From Candidatus Methylomirabilis oxygeniifera (lineage in GTDB: Bacteria; Methylomirabilota; Methylomirabilia; Methylomirabilales; Methylomirabilaceae): a DNA stretch of 32,000 nucleotides. Positions 16,612-25,605 of the stretch are shown here, piece after piece. Made by a program: the position numbers and the translations under genes. The notes below the pieces were generated by a model, which worked only from the letters and a program-made list of their open reading frames with translations, was not told the origin of the DNA and did not search any database. Numbering within the stretch: position 1 is the first letter of the stretch; every line of letters begins with the position of its first letter. The stretch is taken from contig FP565575.1 of assembly GCA_000091165.1 (NCBI GenBank), positions 120,001 through 152,000 on the forward strand, read 5' to 3'.

Positions 16612-18237
16612 ATGACTGGCGCAGAAGCGGTTGCCGAATGCCTGAAGGCTCAAGGAGTTGAACTGGTCTTCGGGATACGCGGCCTGCACATCACGCCTGT
16701 GGCCACTGCCGCCAAACGACAAGGCATTCGATTCATTGAGGTCCGCAACGAGCAGTCCGCAGCCTTCATGGCCGATGCCTATGCCAGGGTGACCGGGCAG
16801 GTCGGGGTTGTGCTGGCCGGGACAGGCGCCGGCACTGCCGCCACGATGGTCGGCATTCAGGAAGCCTATTGCAGCTCCTCGCCGGTGCTGCTCCTTTCCA
16901 GCCAGATTGAGCGGGCGCATCTGCGCAAAGGCTGGGGCGATGTCCACGAGGTGAAGGATCAGCACGGTCTGATTTCGAATGTGGCCGAGGCGTGCTATGA
17001 CGTGACGGCACCCGCAGACATTCCTCAAAGCTTCCAGACGATCTTTTTCAGGATGGAAAATGAACGACCGCGACCCTACGGCCTCGAGGTTCCGGTGGAT
17101 GTCCTGAACGCGGAGCTTGTCGCCCCTTTCTCGTATCAGCAGGCAGTGCGTACGCCAAAGCTGCCTGATGAAACGAGGCTGGAAGACGCGGTTGAGCTGA
17201 TTGCAGGCGCGAGGCGGCCTATCATCTATGCCGGAGGCGGCTCGATCGCCTCAGGGGTAGGCCAAGCGATTGGACGACTGGCCGAGCGGCTCAACGCCCC
17301 GGTGCTTACCAGTATCAAAGGGAAAGGGGTATTCTCAGAGGCTCATGATCTATCCCTTGGCAATCTTGGGACTGAGGAGCCTGTTCGGTTGTTACTCGAA
17401 AAGGCCGATCTTGGCATCGTGGTCGGCACACGGTTCAGCAACCGATCGACCGGTAAATGGTCATTGAGGCTCCCGTCGCAATGGGTCAGGGTTGATATAG
17501 ACGAGCAACAGTTCGCCAAGACCCATCCGAGCATCCAGGGCAGCCATGTCGTTGAGCTGGTAGGCGATGCCCGCATAACCGTAGAGGCTATTCTCGAAAG
17601 GCTTGAAAAGCAGCCGTCACGTCCGCAAGGCTTTGAGCGGTCAGAGGTCATCGAGGCCAAACGACAGGTCCTGGAAAGCGTGAGAGTGAAATATCCTGCC
17701 GAGGTAAAACTGCTTGAAGATATCAGGCAGGCAATGAAACACGACGCCATTGTGGCCAACGATTCGGCCATGGCGACATACTGGGCGCGTCGGTACTTTG
17801 AGGTTCACGAGCCCAGAACATTTCTCTGGGCGATGGGGAGCGGGACAATCGGGTTCGGGCTACCGGCTGCCATCGGTGCCAAGCTCGCCAAGCCGGATTG
17901 TCAGGTTCTGGCGCTGTGCGGCGACGGCGGGTTTCTTTACTCCTGTCAGGAACTGGCGACTGCGGTCAAATATCGGGCCGCCATCGTCATCCTACTCTTT
18001 AATAACAACGCCTTTGGTGTCGTGGACTATGCCGAGCGAAAGGCGGGCCAACTGTTTGGCGACGAAGCGCTTGTAAACCCGGACTTCATCGCCTTGGCGA
18101 AGTCATTTGGCGCCGATGCGGAGCGGGTCGATTCGCTAGAGCAAATCGGTGAGGTCGTCGAGAAGGCGCTTACGCGAAATCGGCTAACGGTCATCGAGGT
18201 CCCGGTCGCCTTACGTCCCCCACCGGATCTGGCCTAA
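16612..18237 (+). CDS. Thiamine pyrophosphate-dependent enzyme, acetolactate-synthase-like
   Basis: 'EVRNEQSAAFMADAYAR' (TPP-activating Glu) and 'GDGGFLYSCQELATAVKYRAAIVILLFNNNAFG' (TPP/Mg motif); GGAGG 6 nt before the ATG. Confidence 0.9.
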   Translation: MTGAEAVAECLKAQGVELVFGIRGLHITPVATAAKRQGIRFIEVRNEQSAAFMADAYARVTGQVGVVLAGTGAGTAATMVGIQEAYCSSSPVLLLSSQIERAHLRKGWGDVHEVKDQHGLISNVAEACYDVTAPADIPQSFQTIFFRMENERPRPYGLEVPVDVLNAELVAPFSYQQAVRTPKLPDETRLEDAVELIAGARRPIIYAGGGSIASGVGQAIGRLAERLNAPVLTSIKGKGVFSEAHDLSLGNLGTEEPVRLLLEKADLGIVVGTRFSNRSTGKWSLRLPSQWVRVDIDEQQFAKTHPSIQGSHVVELVGDARITVEAILERLEKQPSRPQGFERSEVIEAKRQVLESVRVKYPAEVKLLEDIRQAMKHDAIVANDSAMATYWARRYFEVHEPRTFLWAMGSGTIGFGLPAAIGAKLAKPDCQVLALCGDGGFLYSCQELATAVKYRAAIVILLFNNNAFGVVDYAERKAGQLFGDEALVNPDFIALAKSFGADAERVDSLEQIGEVVEKALTRNRLTVIEVPVALRPPPDLA

Positions 18238-18592
18238 GCGGAAACATTCGCTCCGCCCAAGGCGGATACGTTCGCGCTTCTGAGCCGGCCCATGAATCAG
18301 GCGACACGATCGCGACTCCGCTGCTGCCCGATTGTGTCATTTCCCTCGCCGAGATCTTCGCCTAGCGTTAACGCCGTCCGCAACAGTAGGCAAGTACATG
18401 CTACCATCGAGTACATTTCTTTCTGAATCCCACCAAATTACTGACGGCTGATCGCTTTGCCTTGCCACTTTTTGTCTACTGTCGATTGACCTTCGAGCAC
18501 AAACCCCTTGAATCGCAAAGATATCACTCCGTCTATCCTGTGGCACTGGATTTGCATTTCAATTACTGTTTACCAACTATTCGACGGAGGTG

Positions 18593-20095
18593 ATGATGAG
18601 AACTCTTGTCTTGTCTCTATGTGCATTGTTCGTTTTTTCGGGAACTTTTCTGTCCGGGTCAGCCGTGGCCCAAGGGGCACCGTCGATCGCCGGCTGCCCT
18701 ATTTTTCCAGCAGACAACATCTGGAATACGCCCGTCGATACGCTGCCGCCGGACCCGAACTCGGACAGCTATATCAACTCGATCGGGAGAAATGCCGGCG
18801 TACATCCGGATTTCGGGTCGGGAATGTGGGAGGGGGCGCCGATCGGTATCCCCTTCGTGACTGTGCCAGGGACGCAGCCGATGGCACCGGTCGCCTGCTA
18901 TTACGCGGATGAAAGTGACGCAGGGCCGTATCCTATTCCGCTGGATGCACCGATTGAGGGGGGCAGCGACAGCAACGGCGATCGCCACGTGCTGGTCCTC
19001 GATCGGGATCGCTGCATGCTCTATGAGATCTACGACGCCTGGCCGCAACAGAGCGGGAGTTGGAGTTGCGGCTCGGGAGCGATCTACAACCTGTACTCAT
19101 ATACCCTGCGGCCCGAGGGTTGGACCTCGGCAGACGCGGCCGGACTGCCGATGCTGCCGGGACTGGCGCGCTATGACGAAGTGGCCGCCGGCGAGATTAC
19201 TCACGCCCTTCGTTTTACCGCGCCCAGCACGCGCCGGGCGTATATCTGGCCGGCCAGGCACTACGCATCCAGCTCGACAAATCCCGCTCTTCCCCCAATG
19301 GGCCAACGCTTCCGTCTGAAGGCCGGTGTCGATATCTCCGGCTTTTCGCCGCAGGTGCAGGTTATTTTGCGGGCCCTGAAGAAGTACGGAATGATCCTCG
19401 CCGACAACGGCTCATCCTGGTACATCTCCGGTGTACCCGACTCGGGCTGGAATGACGACGCGCTTGTCGGCGAACTGCGGCAGGTCCATGGCGACGACTT
19501 CGAGGCTGTCGATGTCTCCTCACTCATGCTCGATCCGAACTCCGGGCAGGTGCGGACGGACGGGTCGGACTTGAAGCGTCTGAGCGTGGGCACGGCGGGG
19601 AACGGTTCGGTGACAAGCGTACCGGGAGGGGTTGGGTGCCCGGGCGATTGCCTCGAAGATTTCCCGACGGGAACCACTGTCGAGGTGACGGCGACTGCCG
19701 GGGCCGGATACGTGTTGGACCGTTGGATGGGCGATTGCGTTGGGTCTGCGCCGACATGCAGTCTGATAATGAGCGCTGACCGGCAGGCAACGGCGGTGTT
19801 TTCGCCAGCACCTCAGTGGGTGACGGTCCAGGAGCCGAACGGCGGCGAACGATGGAAGGTGGGCAGGAAGATGACGATACGCTGGCGGTCCGGCGGCTTC
19901 TCTGGAAAGGTGAGGATTGAGTTGTCGACGGACGGCGGCTTGTCATGGAGGACGATCATCGCGGGCACCCCCAATGATGGGGCACAACAGTGGAAGGTAC
20001 CGCGCTTGCGAACCACTCAGGGGCGACTCAGGATCACCGCGGTCTCGGATTCCTCAATTATCGATGCGAGCGATGCGAATTTCACGATCTTTTGA
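18593..20095 (+). CDS. Secreted multidomain hypothetical protein
   Basis: Signal peptide; Cys-containing catalytic-like N-terminal region; 'GTAGNGSVTSVPGGVGCPGDCLEDFPTGTTVEVTATAGAGYVLDRWMGDC' (bacterial repeat domain) and a C-terminal Ig-like 'VQEPNGGERWKVGRKMTIRW'. Confidence 0.85.
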   Translation: MMRTLVLSLCALFVFSGTFLSGSAVAQGAPSIAGCPIFPADNIWNTPVDTLPPDPNSDSYINSIGRNAGVHPDFGSGMWEGAPIGIPFVTVPGTQPMAPVACYYADESDAGPYPIPLDAPIEGGSDSNGDRHVLVLDRDRCMLYEIYDAWPQQSGSWSCGSGAIYNLYSYTLRPEGWTSADAAGLPMLPGLARYDEVAAGEITHALRFTAPSTRRAYIWPARHYASSSTNPALPPMGQRFRLKAGVDISGFSPQVQVILRALKKYGMILADNGSSWYISGVPDSGWNDDALVGELRQVHGDDFEAVDVSSLMLDPNSGQVRTDGSDLKRLSVGTAGNGSVTSVPGGVGCPGDCLEDFPTGTTVEVTATAGAGYVLDRWMGDCVGSAPTCSLIMSADRQATAVFSPAPQWVTVQEPNGGERWKVGRKMTIRWRSGGFSGKVRIELSTDGGLSWRTIIAGTPNDGAQQWKVPRLRTTQGRLRITAVSDSSIIDASDANFTIF

Positions 20096-20136
20096 GTCAC
20101 ACCCCATGCGGCCGCGCCCGCACCACGGCGGACGAA

Positions 20137-20162
20137 CCTCCCCCTTTTACAAAAGGGGGAGG
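20137..20162. repeat. Poly-C/poly-G hairpin, copy 2
   Basis: CCTCCCCCTTTTACAAAAGGGGGAGG, perfect palindrome 42 nt after the upstream stop. Confidence 0.85.
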
Positions 20163-20182
20163 TAGGAAAACGTAGAAAGTAT

Positions 20183-20216
20183 CCCCCCTTTTTTTAAAAG
20201 GGGGGTCAGGGGGGTT
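20183..20216. repeat. Poly-C/poly-G hairpin, copy 3
   Basis: CCCCCCTTTT (20183-20192)/AAAAGGGGGG (20196-20205) followed by tcaggggggttt, similar to copy 1. Confidence 0.85.
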
Positions 20217-20331
20217 TGTCTGAAGCTGGCGGCTGAATACGATTTTCGAAGGAATGACGGACAGCGGTTACCCCGCGGAATACCCGGAAGAACCGTAGAT
20301 AATTGTTCTCAACATCACGAGTCGTTTCGGC

Positions 20332-20337
20332 TATAAT
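20332..20337 (+). promoter_or_regulatory. Candidate -10 box for the DUF3015-like gene
   Basis: Consensus TATAAT 57 nt before the ATG; weak -35. Confidence 0.35.
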
Positions 20338-20393
20338 GCGCGTGGCGCGTGGAATGGACGGCGAGTCGTTGTACATTCACAAAAGGAGGACCT

Positions 20394-20906
20394 ATGGTGA
20401 AAAAAGCGGCCATGTTGTCGGTTGCGGTACTGTTTGGAATGCAGGCAGGTCTTGCGATGGCGGCACCAAATCCCGATACGGGACCAGGATGCGGCTTGGG
20501 CAAGCTTGCCTGGTCCGACTACCAGAGGCAGAAGGACATCGCCCCACAGGTTATGATGGCTACGACCAACGGGACCTTTGGTAGCACTACGTTCGGTATC
20601 AGCTCTGGGACCTCCGGCTGCACCAATGACGGTAAGATCATGGGCGACAGTAAGACGGTCATGTTCGCTGAGTTGAACTTTGAGAATCTCTCTCAGGAGA
20701 TGGCCCGTGGTCAGGGGGAACACCTCGCCTCGCTGGCGACCTTGATGGGCATACCGGCCGATCAGCACGGCGCCTTTTTCGCGATGACCCAGGAACGCTA
20801 CACCTCACTGGTCGAGGCGGGCGAAACCTCTCCGGTGGCCATGGTGAAGGCGATCAATGAAGCCATTGCCGGTCATCCGGTGCTTGCCAAGATCTCTTCT
20901 CGATAA
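20394..20906 (+). CDS. DUF3015-like exported protein
   Basis: Signal peptide, 'GPGCGLGKLAW', 'SQEMARGQGEHLASLATLMG'; AAAGGAGG RBS. Confidence 0.8.
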   Translation: MVKKAAMLSVAVLFGMQAGLAMAAPNPDTGPGCGLGKLAWSDYQRQKDIAPQVMMATTNGTFGSTTFGISSGTSGCTNDGKIMGDSKTVMFAELNFENLSQEMARGQGEHLASLATLMGIPADQHGAFFAMTQERYTSLVEAGETSPVAMVKAINEAIAGHPVLAKISSR

Positions 20907-20910
20907 CGTT

Positions 20911-22875
20911 ATGAACGGGCTCTGGCCTTCCGGTCAGAGCCCGTTCTGTTTTTCCGTTCGGGTATTACTTCTATCGAGTTCTATCGTTTTTTCTGCCGTG
21001 TGCCTCGCGTCTCTGCCGGCTGGCGCAGAGCCCATCACCGCTGACGTATATCTGTCCGAACTGCAGGCCAAGGTGCGCGCACGTCAACTTGCGGATGACC
21101 GCGAGTGGCATCTGCTCCTTCATTATCGTCCCCGTCTTTTCGGTAGATATGAAAGCGAACAGGACGACCCCGGGTTTTTTCTCTCGTCGACAGGGAAGAC
21201 CGATCCTCAAGCGGAGCTGGATGCGACGCTGGCGCAATTCTTCTCGTCTGAGTTGGTTGGGCGATCCAGGCAGCCGGCGCAATGCGCGTTCATTGCGCGC
21301 TACCACTGGCTAAGGCGAATACTGCAATTCGACGAGTCGCGCTTGCCGAAGATGGCGTGCGAACGGTACGACCGGTGGTTTGCAGATTTTGAGGCCCGGT
21401 CTATTACGCTGATTTTTCCTTCGGCCTTTATGAATAATCCGGCATCAATGTTCGGACATACCTTGCTGCGGGTCGATCAGAAGGACCAGACCGATCAGAC
21501 GCGGATCCTTGCCTACACCATCAATTATGCGGCGGACGTACCGCCGGACGCAGGTATCGCCTATCCGATTCGCGGTATCTTCGGACTCTATAAGGGATAT
21601 TTCTCGACTATTCCGTACTACTTGAAAGTGCAGGAGTATCGCGACATCGAAGATCGTGATATCTGGGAATATCGTCTGAATCTCACTGAACGGCAAGTCG
21701 AGCGCCTCCTAATGCATGCCTGGGAATTGGGAAATGCCTCGTTCGATTACTTTTTCTTCAAAGAAAACTGCTCCTATCATCTTCTGACGCTGCTCGATTA
21801 CGCGGACCCAACGTTGCATCTTACGGATGAGTTTGTTTTCTGGACCGTCCCGGCCGACACGGTCCGACTTATTGCATCGAAGCCGGGGTTAGTCGCGGAC
21901 GTCACCTATCGTCCCGCCCGCAGTAACCTGATCCGGCGCAAACGCGAATCTCTATCGCCGGACGATCGCACACTGACTCTGCGGATTACCAAGGATCTGA
22001 GCGAGCTTACGTCATCGGCTTTTGCCCGGTTGGGTCCTCCACGCCAAGCGTTTCTACTCGATCTGGCTTCGGACCACTTACGATATCAAATCGATACAGC
22101 CGACGAGCCATCGTCTGACCTGAAAGAGCGAAACCGGGCGCTCTTGACGGCCCGCAGCCGACTCAGGATTCCATCTGAGGATTTTATGGTGGCACCGTTC
22201 GCGAAACAGCCGGAGTTGGGGCACAAGACCTCTCGCATCAGCGTGGGGGTCGGCCGGCGGAATCACGATACGTTTGAGGAAGTGACGGTACGAGCGGGTT
22301 ATCATGATCTGTTGGATCGGGAGGTCGGTTATACCCCCGATGCCCAGATCGAAATCGCGTCCATTACAGCTCGCCACTACAATCGGGCAGATCGAACGCG
22401 GATTGAACGGGCGATGTTCGCCAATATCTTATCCCTCTCGCCGGTTGACTCGGTCTCACATGCCCCATCGTGGAAAATCAATGCCGGTATGCAGACGATC
22501 AGGCACCATGGCTGTGAACTGTGCCGCAATGGGGTCATGAATGGCGGCATCGGGGGAGCCGTCGAATCTCGATTGCTGGGTCGGGAGGTCCTGTTCGCGT
22601 TGGCGGAAGCGGAAGGAAATTACAGTCGTGCATACGAAGAGCGGCATCGAGTCGGCGGCGGCGGGACGGTCGGGATACTGGCCGACCTGACCGCGCATTG
22701 GAAGCTCATGGCTACGGGGACCTATCTGAAATATGCGTTGGGTGAGACGTCCGACGACATTCGTTGGTTTATCGGATCACGCTACACACTGTCGCGAAAC
22801 TGGGCACTGCGGCTTGAGTATCATCACAGGGATCGTGACAACGACGCGACGTTCACGCTCCAGGCGTTCTTTTAG
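20911..22875 (+). CDS. DUF4105-like envelope protein
   Basis: 'WHLLLHYRPRLFGRYESEQDDPGFFLSSTGKTDPQAELDATL', 'NNPASMFGHTLLRVD', 'FFKENCSYHLLTLLDYADP'; start placed at the ATG at 20911, 4 nt after the preceding stop. Confidence 0.85.
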   Translation: MNGLWPSGQSPFCFSVRVLLLSSSIVFSAVCLASLPAGAEPITADVYLSELQAKVRARQLADDREWHLLLHYRPRLFGRYESEQDDPGFFLSSTGKTDPQAELDATLAQFFSSELVGRSRQPAQCAFIARYHWLRRILQFDESRLPKMACERYDRWFADFEARSITLIFPSAFMNNPASMFGHTLLRVDQKDQTDQTRILAYTINYAADVPPDAGIAYPIRGIFGLYKGYFSTIPYYLKVQEYRDIEDRDIWEYRLNLTERQVERLLMHAWELGNASFDYFFFKENCSYHLLTLLDYADPTLHLTDEFVFWTVPADTVRLIASKPGLVADVTYRPARSNLIRRKRESLSPDDRTLTLRITKDLSELTSSAFARLGPPRQAFLLDLASDHLRYQIDTADEPSSDLKERNRALLTARSRLRIPSEDFMVAPFAKQPELGHKTSRISVGVGRRNHDTFEEVTVRAGYHDLLDREVGYTPDAQIEIASITARHYNRADRTRIERAMFANILSLSPVDSVSHAPSWKINAGMQTIRHHGCELCRNGVMNGGIGGAVESRLLGREVLFALAEAEGNYSRAYEERHRVGGGGTVGILADLTAHWKLMATGTYLKYALGETSDDIRWFIGSRYTLSRNWALRLEYHHRDRDNDATFTLQAFF

Positions 22876-22942
22876 CAACACCTGAAGCGATCAGCCTTCA
22901 CAGCGGTCAGCTCGCAAGGAAAGACAGGTAGATAGGTAGATA

Positions 22943-22998
22943 GACTGAAGACTGAAGGGAGGAACGAGCTATACCAAAAAACCTTCAGCCTTCAGTCT
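22943..22998. repeat. CTGAAGG/CCTTCAG-type intergenic inverted repeat, copy A
   Basis: AGACTGAAGACTGAAGG (22943-22959) pairs with CCTTCAGCCTTCAGTCT (22982-22998), 17 bp with one G-U. Confidence 0.8.
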
Positions 22999-23011
22999 AA
23001 ACTCCTAACTG

Positions 23012-23656
23012 TTACCCGGCGGCTGCTTGTATGCGAACGACGCGCGCGTCGGCCTCGAGGATATCTTCAACGCGTGCGTTCCAGAGGGAGCGGAAACGAG
23101 CGACCGAGGCGGGATCGCCATTGGAGAGCGCGGGGCCGATAGATGCCGGCAGGTCTTTGGAGGTCGGCACCACGTTCGGCTCGTAGGTGACATGGACGGT
23201 ACGCCCGGTGTCGAGGCGCTCAAAGTCGAACTCGCTGTGACGCAGATCATCGGTTCGAAAGACGAACAGATCGCGCCGGCGAAAGCGTCCGGCGCCCAGT
23301 CCTCCAAAACCGGTTTCAGGCGCGGCGCCGATAGCGACGTTGACCAGTTGTGAGATCGGCCCATATCCGAAATCGGTCGGGCCGCCGTATGCCGTCACCC
23401 GGACGTTGCCGCGAACAGCCGGCTCATCGCCGTACAACGCTTTCAGTCCGTGTCGCAGGACAAGGTATGCGCCGGCGACGGTCGGACACATATGACCCGC
23501 CGCTTTCACTAGCTCGTCAAAGCTGACCGCAATCGGCTCCCCTGGAGCGACCAGTCCCAGAAATTCGAGAAAAGGGTCGCGAACCACAATCGGTTCGGGA
23601 TGTACTCGCAACGAGAGCCCAAGTTGTTCACGTGGTGTCGCCTTCTCCGTGCTCAT
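23012..23656 (-). CDS. FmdE-like domain protein
   Basis: 214 aa; 'FDELVKAAGHMCPTVAGAYLVLRHGLKALYG' resembles the FmdE GHxCP motif. Confidence 0.65.
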   Translation of the reverse strand: MSTEKATPREQLGLSLRVHPEPIVVRDPFLEFLGLVAPGEPIAVSFDELVKAAGHMCPTVAGAYLVLRHGLKALYGDEPAVRGNVRVTAYGGPTDFGYGPISQLVNVAIGAAPETGFGGLGAGRFRRRDLFVFRTDDLRHSEFDFERLDTGRTVHVTYEPNVVPTSKDLPASIGPALSNGDPASVARFRSLWNARVEDILEADARVVRIQAAAG

Positions 23657-23674
23657 AGCGGTTGTATCCTCCTT

Positions 23675-25483
23675 TTACGCTTGACGCGATATTGCCGCCA
23701 GCTTGCCCAGCTCGGCCAGCAACGGTTCAAGTTCGATACTGTGAATTCGGCACGCCTGTCGTAACGTGACGGTGGGGGCCATCGCCTCGCGCATGGCCGG
23801 GTTCTGGAGCGGACGCAAGCCGCGACTCACGAGGAGTTCGAGGGCGCCAGGGATGGTCAGCAGATCGGCGACGAGGTTATCCGCCAGTGGATCCGCCTCT
23901 GATGAGGCGGGTACTACGGTCAGCGGTCGCGCGCGTACGGTCATGAATACGTTGCCGGCAAAGGCAGCAAAGGCTCCGACGCCCAACAGACCGGAAATGG
24001 AGATATACGGCCACACGTCGGCCAGACCGGCCACCTCAACCAGCAGTTCGAGGCCGCGTGTGGCGATCGTCGCGTTGAGCAGGTAGAAGGTCGCGTCGCG
24101 CCATCCCGTGCTCCACAACGGCGTCCCGGCAAATACCGGGATGAGGCGCGCGGCAACGCCGACGATAATCTGCGTGAGAAAGCCGAGGGTGAACGCATGG
24201 CGACCGAAGTCCAGGACCAGCGTCGGCATGGGGTCACCTGTCATCGCCGACGCTGCGCTCCAGATAGGCGTGAACACCAGCGCGCCAAGCAACCATACAT
24301 AGGCGGCGACCAAAAACTTTTCGTAGCCACGATCGCCTACTTGGGTCTGATTCTCCCGCGACCCCAGGATGCCAAGTCGCCATACAAACCCGCCTACCAT
24401 CAATGACAGCGCTACCCCGGTCAGTGCGCGCGCGCCTGGAAGCACTATCCATGTGTCGATGACGGCGACGGCCACCCATGCCGATACAGCCAGTTGATAG
24501 CCGCCAAACAGGGCACTGCTCGTCTGTTGAGATAACGGCGGCAGGCCCAGGAAGACCGGCACGATGCGTAAACTCATGCCGAGAATCCACGAGCCCGCGA
24601 AGCCCCACAGCGCCGCTTCCCACACGACCGGTTGGAGCGAATCGGCGCCGGCAGTCGCCGCGACGGCCAGAGCGGCCGCAACTGTCAGCCATGCACAGCC
24701 TGCGCGAAGATAGCGCTCGAAGCCCTCCGGCGTGGGCGGGCCGGCAGCCAGGCTGCAATGGATGACCCATCCGAAACTTGCCGCCGCCGCAAGCAGCGCA
24801 AGGACGCCTATACACTGTGCCGGCCCAACGACCGGCGGTCCGACGAGCAGGCCGACGGCGACGGCCAGTACGCCGCCTGTTTGCAGCCAGAACGATGCCG
24901 AGGCCACGCCCGGTGCGGCAAGCGGCGCCCCTTTGAAGCGGGGGATCACGTGGTAGGCGACACCCATAATGAAGAGGGCGGCGAAGCCGAAGACCTGCGT
25001 GTACCCATGCGCCAGTTTGGCGACGTCCGTCGACAGTCCGCCAAGGAAATTCCAGGGAAGTGTGAGCGTGGCAAGGGTCAGCGCGCCGAGCGTACTGCCG
25101 AAGGTAAGCGCAAAGAGCAAGCTGGCGGCAAAGAACCGGACGTAGGGTGTCGGTCGGGGAGCGGCGGGCACGACGACCGCCGGCGACGCCGCCGGCGCGG
25201 GCGACGCCGCTACCTCGCAGGCGGGTGAGGCGCAAGGGCGGACAGGCTCTGTCGCAACGACGGCGGACCGTTCACGCGGCGCGCCCGCTCGGTTCAAAGC
25301 CGTCAGCAACTCGCCGAGATCGATACCGCGAACATGTGCGGCCTCAGCGAGCGTTGCGCTGCCGCCGCAGCAGGTGTCGATCCCGTGCGCATTTAAAACC
25401 CGACTGAGGGCCGGATCGGCGTGCACGACATCATCAACCGTTGTTATGCTCGTAAACTGATGTGCGGCCATTGAGCGGCTCAT
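23675..25483 (-). CDS. nnrS: Fusion: N-terminal DUF542/ScdA-N (RIC-like) domain, NnrS membrane domain, C-terminal DUF1858-like domain
   Basis: N-term 'VHADPALSRVLNAHGIDTCCGGSATLAEA'; NnrS-like 'LAHGYTQVFGFAALFIMGVAYHVIPRF', 'HAFTLGFLTQIIVGVAARLIPVF'; C-term 'TIPGALELLVSRGL...VTLRQACRIHSIELEPLLAEL'. Confidence 0.85.
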   Translation of the reverse strand: MSRSMAAHQFTSITTVDDVVHADPALSRVLNAHGIDTCCGGSATLAEAAHVRGIDLGELLTALNRAGAPRERSAVVATEPVRPCASPACEVAASPAPAASPAVVVPAAPRPTPYVRFFAASLLFALTFGSTLGALTLATLTLPWNFLGGLSTDVAKLAHGYTQVFGFAALFIMGVAYHVIPRFKGAPLAAPGVASASFWLQTGGVLAVAVGLLVGPPVVGPAQCIGVLALLAAAASFGWVIHCSLAAGPPTPEGFERYLRAGCAWLTVAAALAVAATAGADSLQPVVWEAALWGFAGSWILGMSLRIVPVFLGLPPLSQQTSSALFGGYQLAVSAWVAVAVIDTWIVLPGARALTGVALSLMVGGFVWRLGILGSRENQTQVGDRGYEKFLVAAYVWLLGALVFTPIWSAASAMTGDPMPTLVLDFGRHAFTLGFLTQIIVGVAARLIPVFAGTPLWSTGWRDATFYLLNATIATRGLELLVEVAGLADVWPYISISGLLGVGAFAAFAGNVFMTVRARPLTVVPASSEADPLADNLVADLLTIPGALELLVSRGLRPLQNPAMREAMAPTVTLRQACRIHSIELEPLLAELGKLAAISRQA

Positions 25484-25605
25484 CGTGCAGAATCTGTCCA
25501 GTCAGATCAGGACGTTGGGGCGCAAAGAGGCAACACGCTTCTATCCTACCTATCAAAAAATATAGCTGAAGCGGCAAGGGAGGTCAACGGCAAACGTAGA
25601 GATGA

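Noticed and set aside
24234-25235. 333-aa alternative-frame ORF on the minus strand within the NnrS fusion gene
   Set aside because: Arg-rich low-plausibility translation; the 602-aa frame carries all recognisable domains.
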